From Antedon mediterranea (taxonomy: Eukaryota; Animalia; Echinodermata), in NCBI RefSeq assembly GCF_964355755.1, contig NC_092674.1, forward strand, positions 13,082,001 to 13,146,000: DNA of 64,000 nt. The letters run 5' to 3'. Position numbers and translations under genes: made by a program. The stretch's first letter is position 1. The number at the start of each line of letters is the position of its first letter. Shown piece after piece: positions 51,036 to 62,872 of the stretch. The notes below the pieces were generated by a model. The model was not told the origin of the DNA and searched no databases. It saw only the letters and a program-made list of their open reading frames with translations.

Positions 51036-52419
51036 AGTGGAGCTACACTCAGACTTTATCAGCTTATATTATGTTTAAGTATGTTTAATTGAAAGTGATT
51101 ACATTAAAAAAACCAGGAAAAATACGGAAATATTTTCCAAAAACTCATTTCTAAAAAATCTGTCAGAAAATAGTGTTTTTTAACAAATTACAGTTTTTCA
51201 GTAACTTAGGGGTTATTAGTTTACAATACGTCGCGAAACGCGTTACACTTAGCGACTCACGCGTTTTAGTCGCCGGTCAACGCATTGATGAAATGTCTCT
51301 CCTTTGGTAAATTATGTGTCGAAAAATGGGGAATAATTTTTATACACACAATTAATACGATTTGTTTAGGCCTAAGTAATATTTCCGATAAGAATGTCAG
51401 TATAATTTACATGTAACCTCATGATTTTCACTGTACAACAACAGCATAATAATCTTATCAGATTGCTTTTAACTTTAAGCTAGGGCTAGGCCTAGCTAAG
51501 CCGTCTGCTCAGCCAAGCTAGCCTTGAATTTTTGTCTAGAGGCCTATGTATTCATAGGCATGGTCGTTTCGGCCCATATCGTTCCTGGGTTTTCTCGCAC
51601 ATTAAGAATTGTGAAACACAAAATCCTATACAGAACAATATTAGTAAAGAGTAGTAAAGCGATGTGCAAGCTTAGACCTGACTGAAAAGCAACTATTCAG
51701 GCACCCTATCATGGCCCATGGGTAGGCCAAGGTCGGGTGCCAGCAAAACAAACTTCACTGCTGTCAGCCTAGCCGCGCCTAGCTAGAGGCCAAGCAGCAA
51801 CGGTACATACCTACACTCTAGTAGGCCTAGGCCTAGCTTTATTGAATATATAGCCACGTCTTTCTCAAATCTCGTTAAATTTGACATTTTAGTAATAGTC
51901 TCATAATCACATTATTACACTGTGAAACATAATATGGTCATATTCAGAATGTTTTAATATACTTTTCGCCCGTCAAAAATAACATCGCGACAAAATAACA
52001 GATCGCCAGCTGCAGTAGTGTGATTGTGAAAAATGTCACGTGATCGTACTCCCTAGCAAAATAAAAAACCCAATTGGACCTGAACGGGGGAAAGTGTCTA
52101 TTTACGCAAAATTGCGCAATGTATACGTGATAAAAATACCAGAAATAGAAAGATCTGGAAAAATTACATAAATAGACATTTTACATTTTTTTTTTGGTGA
52201 AGAAATGAATTTTTTAGGATTATTCAAATATACCCCCCTTTTGCATGTAAAAGAATAGGAAATTACAAGGTATCCCCCCAAAACGCAAAAAGGCGTGATT
52301 TTCAAGAAAATCGTACTCATTGAAAAAAATTTCAAAAAAATATGAAGTATAAGGGATGATATTTTTAAATAATAGTTGAAATGTATGAAAAATAGTAATT
52401 TTCTGGGTGGAGCTCCACT
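51036..52419. mobile_element. Kolobok-type non-autonomous element
   Basis: TIR AGTGGAGCT(A/C)CAC(T/C)CAGA; TTAA at 51032-51035 and 52420-52423; empty site catttaagatcac at 23221-23233. Confidence 0.88.
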
Positions 52420-53027
52420 TTAAGATCACTAGTGATTTATTTACAATCTTCAGATGAGTGGGTACCGTATTAATTTCATATTATAGGTGATTTTACTTTA
52501 TAAAATGTGTGCATTGTTTTCAATTGTTTTCACCTGCTTTGATAGAGACAATACTGTTAATAATTGTTTATTAGTAAACACATAGTGTACCCAAAACCAA
52601 CCCAGTGTATTTGTGCACATAATAGTGTTGTGTAACATTTGTAATTTAGAGCGTTTTTTTGACACGACAAAGCATGTGAACTCCTGAAAACGTACAGAAT
52701 CATAATAATGTAGTACATATGGTTGGTGTAACTTCACAATAATGATATAATGAAACATCATATGTTAGTCACCTTAATATGGTCATTTGCCATATACGAT
52801 GATTTAAAAATTCAGAGTTTTAATATTATAGTATTACAGTTGAATATTTGTGAGTGGTCACCTCCCGTAGTTTCAAAAGCCCGTTTGTTCTTCATCTAAT
52901 TAGTGGACCTCCTGTAAGCAGCCATCTCATGTGAGCAGCCGCGGAAAATTTGTTTACAACACATGTACATCAGATTGTTTGTATGGTAAATTACCTCCCT
53001 TAAGCGGCCACCCAAAAAATTGGCTGC

Positions 53028-53118
53028 AGTCGCGTGCGCAAATTTTAGTTTAGTATTTACCGACCGACCAACCGACCGACCGACATAGTGAGCTATAGAG
53101 TTTGCACGCGACTAAAAT
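53028..53118 (-). mobile_element. HINE/DINE-1-like (Helentron-derived) short remnant
   Basis: Minus strand TTTTAGTCGCGTGC...CTATGTCGGTCGGTCGG with (CGGT)n microsatellite and inverted subTIR. Confidence 0.55.
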
Positions 53119-53254
53119 ACAATTTTGATACTTACATTGTGCTTTATACATTAGCTTTATTTCGAAGCGGTTTTAAAGATATTTCTGTAAAGAACATTTC
53201 TGTGTGTTTTTAGATGATATGAGAAAACTACACAGATTTTGATTGACTGAAGAA

Positions 53255-53480
53255 ATGATTTGCACATTTGTAGAATACCTTTTGCACATTTAACGTCAAA
53301 ACTGATGGTTTTTACATTTAACGGCGAGATGTTTGCACATTTGCGGGTAATGAATGTTTACAGATTTGCACATTTGAAGGTAAAATATTTGCACAAATGT
53401 TGTTGTTTGCACATTTGAAGGTAAAATGTTAGCACAAATGTGGTTGTTTGCACAAACGTGACTTTTTGCACATTTAACGG
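53255..53480 (+). repeat. Degenerate TTTGCACATTT repeat cluster (probably a transposon subterminal array)
   Basis: Many spaced copies of ttgcaca(t/a). Confidence 0.6.
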
Positions 53481-55080
53481 CTCCACACGGGCACCACACG
53501 GGCACTACACGAGAGAAGCCCTTGATCAATGTTAGGACCAATCAAGGTACTTTAAACAGTCCTGGCTTAGTCATCACTCAGATAAATGTAAGAATAAAAT
53601 GACACTGCTGCCACTACAGACGTACGTCGTATGCATTGTCTATTAATGACTGATGCAGGCCAAAACAATAATAAAAAATGCTGTATAAATTTAGTTACAC
53701 AAATAAAAATATGAAATCCTGAGAAGAAACACTCAGGAATTTACCATCTTAGAATTATATTGATGGCTAATGCCTCTATGTTAATATTTGAAGTAATCAT
53801 CGGCTATCGCAGACGCCTACATCGGATGTATAGGCATAGGTGTTTACACATGTGTTGAAAAATCAAATATTCTTTAATAGATCGTATAGATAGATAGATC
53901 GTTGTTTTCTTTGTTTGAAAATAAGGATTTAGTCGAGTCGTCTTTAGATTTACAAGTAACAGAGAAGCATTTCTTTTGTCCGTTGTCAGATGGTTATTGG
54001 ATCTGTGTTGTTGATTACCCTAATACTTATGTAATTAACCGCTTTAAAGATCATGGAACATGGTATTTGATGTATAACGTTTTTTGGCTGATTTGGGTCT
54101 GAATATGTTGATTTTATTAGTACGTTTTGATAAAATAAATTCTATAAGCGTAAATTATGATTTTTTTATGATTTACATACATCGGAGTTTATATCTCCGA
54201 AGTCGAATTTGGAAGCAGGAAATCCAAGGCGATAAATCGTGACGTCATAAGATGAACACACTGCACTGCCCTGGTCGCGACGCATCTCTCTTTGTATACA
54301 AACTGTACTGTATCGGCAAGATGTCAACACGTATTGTGTACGATCTCGACAGTTCGGAGTCTGATTTTGAAGAGGAAACTATCCATTATGAATTCGAAAT
54401 TGATGAAGATGAAGGAGACGACGTTATGGATACGCAAGAAAGTGTTATGGAATGCAATTAATTCAACCGTAGGCCTATATGAGAGCCCGATCTCACCGAT
54501 TCTGAAGGCGAGGCGGACCAATGCGAAGGCGGCGAAGAACGTCGTGGGGAAATTGACCAGACCAACAATACATGGTCCTAGGCCTAGGTTTACATTTTCA
54601 ATTACGGACCCAATCTTTGGAATGGTTAGTTACAGTCAGTTATACGAATGCATTATTATCGTGTTTTTAAACGCAATAAAAAAATTAGTAAAACTGAAGT
54701 TGTTGTGTTGTCGATTAACTAAATAAAAGGTAGGCCTAGGTAGTACTTCTTTCTAGTATAGTAGAGTAGTAGGCCTAGGTGATTAATTCGGTTTTAAAAT
54801 CAGCAACACAAAAGGCCTAGGCTAGTAGTACTGTGTTGAAAGCCCCAGCATAATAGTTCAGGTGGGGAGTTGTTCTGCCCTCATAAAAATAAAGCTTGTG
54901 CACAAGCTGACTGCAATAATTTGTAAGTTGCATGACAGATTGCACTATATTCTCTATTGATTTGAACAAAAATTGAACCATTTGAAATTTGCTTTAGAAA
55001 AGTCAAATTATAAATTATATAATCTTATTGCACTTTTACAAATGATTTTGTTCTTACAGTACCGTATTATTATTTCGCAG

Positions 55081-55246
55081 GGTATGTGGATGACCTCATC
55101 TTGGAGGTAATGAGCATTGTTGAAGGGACAGCAGAAGATGTTGATGTTGTTGATGCGCCACCCCAACTCTGTTCAGGATTTGAACGCCCCGACAAAGAGA
55201 CCGCTATTGCCAACCATTTCACAAGATTTCCAAATGTGAACAACTA
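55081..55246 (+). pseudogene. Probable last exon of the Kolobok transposase
   Basis: After ttcgcag acceptor: YVDDLILEV...PPQLCSGFERPDKETAIANHFTRF*; position and orientation match the Kolobok layout. Confidence 0.55.
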
Positions 55247-55633
55247 AGGCAAAAATTATGCAGTAAATAAATCAGCAGCCAAAAGGTCCACTGATCAACT
55301 TCAAATAAGAAGTATAATACATACTCCAAGAAATGAGATACATTCCATCATGCTTTTTATTATAAATCATTATTTCGTTTTTTTAGTGAAAGATTAAAAG
55401 CCATTTGTTTATGTGGATACAGCGCCACAATCCAGAGCCAACAGTTTTATAAACAAAATAATCACTTGTGTGCATAATTTTTTAATAAATTGTGTCAGAA
55501 ATGTATATTTTATTTCTATTTGATCATTTTATTTCTATCAGATACAGTGTACAATACTTTCCTTTATGAAGTACAGTAAATAATTGTATGTGGTTAATTG
55601 TAATCTCAATACAAGTTGGTGCTAAATGTTTAC

Positions 55634-56936
55634 TCAATCCAAAAATCCAGCAAACTGGAAATCATCTTCCATACCTGGTGGTGGGAAGTGGGCTCTTATG
55701 CAGGAAACGGCACATGATGGTAAGACTACCCTTAGGTTTCGGCCCAAAAACCCCCAACACCATCTGGCGAGTTGCCGGTACGCAATATGTCTCAGACGTT
55801 TATGTGTTGAGGCTTTAACAGGTGTGTCGTACTGTTGGTGGTAATGCAGCCATGCAATTTCCAACACATGCAAATTCAAACAGGCAGCAGTGAATCCAGA
55901 ATGTTCAGTGATGCATATGTAGGCTTCTCCGTATTGTAAATTGTCTGACCTTCCTCCAGCCTATGATTAATAAATAATAGGGCCTACTTCCTGGCAACAT
56001 CGACATTCGCGATACGTGGGTAGCATCTGGCAATGGCCACAATCACACCTGTTTTATAAAAACAAAAATATTTTGTAATAATAAATAATATTGTAGCGCT
56101 CTAGAGCGCTACAATATTCTGAGATGTCACAATTTATAGGGCGCTATATTAAATATTTTTAAAGTTTTAGTGATTATTAATGATTAATTTAATGTATTGT
56201 GTGTGAAATAGGAAAATAAATCTGCATCTTGGCTAGCCTTAGGGGTGGGCCTATCTATCTAGGCCTACCCTAGGCCTATTTCAAACAACAAAGTGCAAAT
56301 TTGTTAAATAAAATGGTCAGTCTAATAGTAATACCGTAATGTACATTTTTGCTTTCTACGATTCAATTTAGCCTAATCTTTATTTCGTTAAAAAAATTCA
56401 ATCTAGGCCGTAGGCTTATAGACGATAGCCGACCGTCGCCGGTGAGAGGGCTAGCCGCATGAATTGGAGTAAAGTACAGTAGTAGGGCCTAGCCTCTATC
56501 TAGGCCTAACTAAGCCACAATACACACACTGGCATGACGGAAGAATATCGTAGTTATCTAGGCCTACTAGGGAATTGTTAATTATACAATAAAGTTATAC
56601 ATTAATTTTTAATAAAAGAGATAGTACTACTAACCAATTTAATAACTGGGTTTGAAGTTGAATATTCTCTGCTTGAATTGTAGGTAGGCCTAGGCCTACT
56701 AGGCTAGGTGACGGTCACCGTCGCCATCTTCTGATGATGAAGAATCGTCAGAACTACAACCGGGCTCGTACATGTACGGCCGAATTAATTTCATCGACAT
56801 TCCATTCAATATTTCGATTGTTAAACAAAATAGTTTCTCCTTCATTCTCCTCAGTTTCGCATTCCACTATCAATGTTTCCTCTTCTAATTCCTCTGACGA
56901 AGAACTGTCAAAATCATACGCAATACGTGTTGACAT
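55634..56936 (-). pseudogene. KolX / Nanor-like protein (P2X7 C-terminal ballast-like Cys-rich domain), decayed
   Basis: CDCGHCQML..RECRCCQE, CITEHSGF..ACLN..VL, RHIAYRQLARWCWGFLGRNLRVVLPSCAVSCIRAHFP; in-frame stop and frameshift near 55920-55970. Confidence 0.82.
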
Positions 56937-58329
56937 CCTAGTTTGTACAGTACAGCTCAGGCGGGCGAAAAAGTTTCTTCATCTTATGACGTCACTATCA
57001 GAGGTTACCGGAAAATGCCGAAAAAACCCGAATAGTCGTGAACTGAGAGCAGTTGCGCGAAATAGCAGAAAACACTTTAATTATGTCCTGAAAACTTTTA
57101 ATTTATTGTCTGTTTAATATCCATCAAGGAGAACAACTATAATACTACTATTTTACATAAACATCAAATACCATGTTCCATGATCTTTAAGTCACCCTGC
57201 ATAGTGGGTATTAACAATGTATTAGAACTCTAGTAACTGCCATTTTCCGATATCTAATTTCGACTCAATGTTTTTCATTTTTTTTTTTATGAATATGAAC
57301 AGTTTATCTTAAATGAAAGTTGAATTGAATTTGAATTGCTTGTTTATTGTATTAACCATTGTCTGTAATTTTAGTATTAATTTCTTTAAAATGAATCTTA
57401 TGAGCGTTAGTTTTACACGAACAATAGTACTTTATTTAACATTTTATAATAAAAATAAATTACCCTAGATATGAATAAGTACAACACCGTGTTTGATATT
57501 ATCAAGAAGTGATAACAGTAAACAATTGTATGAATATGCTTGATAAATAAATAGACATAGCAGTCAATGAATTATTCAACAATTAGTATAATTGTGTTTG
57601 TTTTAGTATACAATATTGTGTGTATAAATGTACGTGGCGGAGCGTTTATTAGAGGGTGGAGGCTGGATATTCCAAAGATGTTTTATTGGCGAGGGGCGTT
57701 TATTCAAATATTTGCGGTACGCCTAATTTGTATAATCAATACATTATTTAGTTCAAATCAAACACCAAATAATGACAATCATCAGTGGGCCGTTAATAAG
57801 AAACACGCTCTAAACGGCTTCCAACATGGGCCAAAGCCTCCCGGGTCTCAATGGCGATGCAGTACATACAGATAGCGCGCAATCTGTTCAAACCTAACAG
57901 CAACTCAACAACTCAGCTACCATTCGGCTATATCGATTTCTGATATATACTGATTTTACAATTTTCCCTGCAAAATACCTGATGTTTTAATATGCTGGAC
58001 TCTTTTTTTGCAGTATAATTTCATTTTGTTTAAACTACAGGCGTTGCCCGAAAAAAAACCCCTGCCGATGAAATTAGAAATGTTGTTTTAAAACTTTCTA
58101 TAATATCTGCCTAAGAGAGAAATATTATAAAATCTACGTTTCGCAGTACATCTGAAAGAGAAAAGTAGGTATGCAAGGTGGAAATCTCAGAAATAACCAT
58201 AATTTATATATAGACACGCTAACATTGACCTCGTGGAGCACGTTTAACTCGTAGTATCATACACGTGCACATATAGCTCATCGCGTTGGTAAGTCACAAA
58301 CATATTAGTGATTTTTTTAAAATTATTAT

Positions 58330-60880
58330 AGTATTATGTCAATGAGGCTTAGTAGTATGCCACATGCAATATGAATTGAGAAAAAGAAAAATAACGACAA
58401 TTGTATTATTAAGAAAAAAAATTTGGTAACGAATTGATTGATTTTTGCACTGAGTATAACTTGGTTATATCTGATTTGGAATACTTTGGTCATTACTCAG
58501 ATACGTTTACTTATTTTAGTGATGCTCACAGTACCACAAGTTGGTTAGACCATGTTGTGAGCACTCATAGTTCCCATCTCTGCTGTGTAATTTTATAGTT
58601 AATTATGATTTTATGTGTTCTGATCACTTTCCTATTTCGTTTGACTATTTATGCATTGATATTTGTGATGATTGTAATGACAAGGGTGAAAATATGCATG
58701 AATCCTAAAAAATTATCAAAGTTAACTGGAATAATGTTAAGAGGGAGGATATAAACAATTTTAATGAGATAACTGAATCCTTACTTAGTAACCTTACTCT
58801 CAATTGCGATGGTTTACTTTGTAATGATTCCTCATGTAAAGATGAATGCCATTGCAATGATATTAGTGATTTATATGACAATATTATTGAGTGTCTGAAA
58901 GTCAGTTCTGAGTGGTGTTTTAAGTCGACTAAAAATCAAAAAGTCAATGTTGTCCCTGGGTGGAATAACCGAGTAGCTGGATTTCATAAACATGCTCGGG
59001 AAGCATTTTTGAAGTGGCGTGAGTTGAGTAAACCCAGATATGGCCACATCTATGAACACATGAAAATCACTAGATCTAATTTCAAAAATGCCCTCAGAAA
59101 GTGTAAATCCAACGAAGAAATGCTAAGGGCGGACTCGATGGCCAAGTCTTTTGACGATAAGGACTATAATAGTTTCTGGGGTAAGGTTAAGAAATCCAGT
59201 TACGCCAATTCCCAGTCTAACATTATTGGTAGTGCTAAGGGGCAAAATGACATTTGTGACCTATGGCGTCAACATTTCTCCGATTTATTTAATAGTATTG
59301 ACTCATCTGAGCATAAGACTTTTGTTAATGAAACTCTTGAAAACTGTACAGACGGTGAAATTGATGTTTCACCCCATAATATTAAGCTTTTAATTGACAA
59401 ATTGCCCAATGCTAAAGCAGCGGGATATGATGGTCTATGCAATGAGCATTTCAAATTCCCTTCTGAGCGACTTAGTATTATTTTAAGTGTATGTTTTAAG
59501 GCTATGTTTGTTCACGGGTTTGTTCCAAGTAATCTCACAAAAGTCACGCTTGTGCCGGTAATTAAATCTAAATCAGGGAATATCACTGATAAAAGGAATT
59601 ATCGGCCAATAGCTTTGGCATGTGTAGCTTCTAAACTTCTAGAGTCTGTAATGATACAACATTGTGGTAATTCACTGGACTCCCATGACAACCAGTTTGC
59701 CTTCAAATCTGGTCACTCAACCGAATTGTGTATATTTGCTCTTAAACAGATTATCGAGCATTACAACAATCATGGTAGCCCAGTTTATTGCTGTTTCTTG
59801 GACGCTAGCAAAGCATTTGATAAAGTGAACCACTGGACACTTTTCAAGACCCTAATTGACAGGGGTACCCCTTCACATGTAGTTAAGATACTGAGGTCAT
59901 GGTATATGAATCAGGAATTTGTTGTCAGGTGGGGAAGTTCCGTTTCCGATTCTTTCACTGTTCGTAATGGGGTTCGCCAGGGAGGCGTTATGTCACCTCT
60001 TCTTTACAATGTGTACACTGATCCGTTAACTGTTGAACTGACTAAGTCAAAAGAAGGTTGTGAAATTAACAGTCTTAAACTGAATTGCCTAAGCTTTGCC
60101 GATGACTTGGTCCTTTTGGCTCAGTCAGTGACTGGCTTACAAAGCCTAATTGGACTCTGTGAAGGTTTTGCTAGTGACCATGATATTACTTTTAATGAAA
60201 CCAAATCCAAATGCTTGCTATTTTGCCCGAAACCTCGAAGGTGTTCCACATATTACCTTAAATGGGGCACCTCTAATCGTTGATAATTCAATAACCTATC
60301 TTGGTCATGTGATCAGTAATAACCTGAGTGATGAAAGTGACATCAAACGTCAATATCGATCTATTTGCATTAGGGCCAACTCTCTAATCAGAAAGTTTGC
60401 AAAATGTTCTAATAAGACTAAATGTTATCTATTTAAGAGTTACTGTGTCAGCATGTACTATTCAACCTTATGGTGTAGATATAATAAGAGCACTCTGAGA
60501 TCACTGAAAGTATGTTATAACAATGCCTTACGTCTGCTGCTGAAGCAGCCTAGACATTGTAGTGCAAGCATGATGTTTTTCTTAAATGACGTCCCATCCT
60601 TTGATGAGTTCATTAGAAAATCTGTTTTTAGTTTTAAAAATCGTGTGAACGCAAGTAGTAATTCCTTGATCATGGCCATTAATCGCCACGTTCTTAATGT
60701 GTCAAGAATGCACATACAATGGAATGCTTTGTTGCATTGACTTTATATATTTACATATCTTTGTTTTTGTTCTATGAGCTGTTAGATTAAGATTTTTTTG
60801 GGTTTTTTTTTCTCTCTTTTGCTATGGATAAAATATTATGTCACCATGATATTCCGAAATAAAAAGATAAATGAAAAATG
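58330..60880 (+). mobile_element. LINE remnant (RTE-X-like) with endonuclease tail and RT
   Basis: SWLDHV, SDHFP, NYRPIAL, FLDASKAFDKVNH, GVRQGGVMSP, FADD, LFKSYC motifs; frameshifts; AATAAA at ~60858. Confidence 0.85.
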
Positions 60881-62310
60881 AAATTATTGTGACCGAATTA
60901 ACGCTTTAAAAAAGCATTATTAAATACATACCGATAGGTCTATGTGAACGACCGACACTAACCACGATACATTACTTTTAATTACTCTTTGTAGGTCTAC
61001 ATTTAGTCTTTGATCACTACATTGGATGCGTTATTGTGTTGCTTGTAAACAGTCATTCTACATGCTTTAGATCATAGAAATAATTACTTTGTTATATTAT
61101 AATATAGGAGTAACTGTACATTTAATGTACGATAAACAATCGCAATTGACATACTACAAATAATGTAAACCAATATTGCTAGAGTTTCATTAAAGCAAAT
61201 GTTTCTTTTATGTTTGAATGCAATTATATTTAGCTAGACTTATTGTTGTATTAATTTAGATACACAAATAAAAATAGGAAATTATAAGAAGAAACATTCG
61301 GGAATTACCAATCGTGATCTTAGAAATTATGTTCATGACAAATGTGTCTATTTTAATATTTGAAGTAATCTTTTCTTTATATTATGTCATTTGAACAATT
61401 GAATAGAACATGAACTCAGTACTTACGGATTTTAACCCACGAAGCATCAACTTTTGCAATCGAACATTTTACCGGCACAAACGAAGCAAATTGAAAAAGT
61501 TAACATGTTGCTGATCTGGTAAATACCATTGAAATGTTAGCGAAACAATAAGCCATGTGTCTTAGAAAAGATAGTATTACGGTTTCTTTATTTTCTGATG
61601 TCATCGGTAGACTTGTAACGGCGGTAAAGTTACTTCCGAGTTCGTTTTCACTTTGCAATGTCCGGGTTGCAACTAAAACTTCGCGTGAACGTGACATGTA
61701 CATTTGATATACATTTGAGTCAAAATATTCCATATTTTTCTCTTTAAACAAATTTTTAAAAAATGAACTAATTTATATTAATTATACTGTATATGGTTTG
61801 GCTATTTAATATTATTGTAACTCAGACTGTTTAAAACTTAATGAATAAATGACTCTTAATGTTTAATATGTTATAAATTGTGAATCCACTACGATACGAC
61901 GTGACGTTATTATTACAGTTGTAGACTATGTATAAATATTATAATGTACCGCGATGGTAAGCCGACTCGCAATAAAATTAATAATATTAAAAGTAATATT
62001 TCTTATTAATTTATAAAGATTAAACAAGTTATTACAAAGTGTGACATCAGTTGTTACAAAACCTTGGTTAATCTGACTTTCCAATTTCAAGATTAACCTT
62101 GACGAGGCAGCGTTGTTCCGAACCATGTGAGGGGTACAACCGTGCAGTTCTCGACAATTTAGTTGCAACAAAAATGATCTGTAACCCGCGATGTGGTTGC
62201 TTCATTTAGGTATGTTATTACTGGCACTCTCTTTAAATTGTAAAATTAAACACTTTTTGAATCACACTGAATTACATAGTAATATTATTATTAATGTGTG
62301 TAACACTTAC

Positions 62311-62409
62311 TTTGGTCTGAAGATCCAATTTAGCACCTTCCTTGAGCAAAATAGTGCAAACATCTGTGTGTCCGTCTTGTGCAGCGAAATGTAAAGGTGA
62401 CCCTCCATC
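62311..62409 (-). CDS. Ankyrin-repeat exon (one 33-aa repeat, DGGSPLHFAAQDGHTDVCTILLKEGAKLDLQTK) of a multi-exon ankyrin gene
   Basis: 99 bp, open frame, flanked by tttcag acceptor and gtaagt donor, phase 0/0; matches ankyrin consensus G-x-[ST]-P-L-x-x-A-A-x-x-G-H...LL..GA. Confidence 0.93.
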
Positions 62410-62842
62410 CTGAAATATTACAAACATTATGTTATAGTAATTTTTCTCTAAACAAACTATTATAATATTGTCCTGAAATCAATACGATGTGATCAATTAA
62501 AAATGACGTTATAGATTTAAATAATGCTACATTGTTAAATTAAATAAAGAGTATCACCCCTTGATGTTTTCTTTAAGATAATGTATTGTATACATTTGTC
62601 TTTCTTGTATAACATTTTGTTATATAAGTGATTTATAAATGTATAAAACAAATAAGTGTGGATTTTTTGCCTAAAAAGTAAAGTGTAACACCGCAATTTT
62701 AAAATGTATATTGCTTATTATTTGTTACTTTGGGAGTACGGAACCTGAACTCTTGTTATAGTGATTAGGTTCACTTTTAGGTTCCTGCCTACTCCCTTAG
62801 TTTCTGTGTTTTTGTTTGTTTGTAACTGGTTTTTGGCAATAA

Positions 62843-62872
62843 ATGATAATAATAATAATAATAATAATAATA
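62843..62872. repeat. (AAT)n microsatellite
   Basis: Simple repeat. Confidence 0.9.

Larger units (their letters stand above)
44926..52481 (+). repeat. Segmental duplicate of 1-450, 5295-5780, 17917-21995 and 23109-23290 (unit carrying a P-type ankyrin exon)
   Basis: Colinear high similarity read by eye, differing mainly by copy-specific transposon insertions. Confidence 0.9.
54048..57186. mobile_element. Internally deleted Kolobok DNA transposon
   Basis: 26-bp TIR AGATCATGGAACATGGTATTTGATGT; TTAA at 54044-54047 and 57187-57190; remnants of two convergent genes. Confidence 0.9.
57810..62682 (+). repeat. Segmental duplicate of ~32215-33945 (unit carrying a Q-type ankyrin exon)
   Basis: 57810-58310 matches 32215-32520 and 61560-62682 matches 32780-33945, with a LINE between the two blocks. 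Confidence 0.85.

Noticed and set aside
55634-55879. Host P2X7 receptor gene
   Set aside because: Only the ballast-like domain is present, it is disrupted, and it lies inside a TTAA-flanked TIR element; no channel domain.
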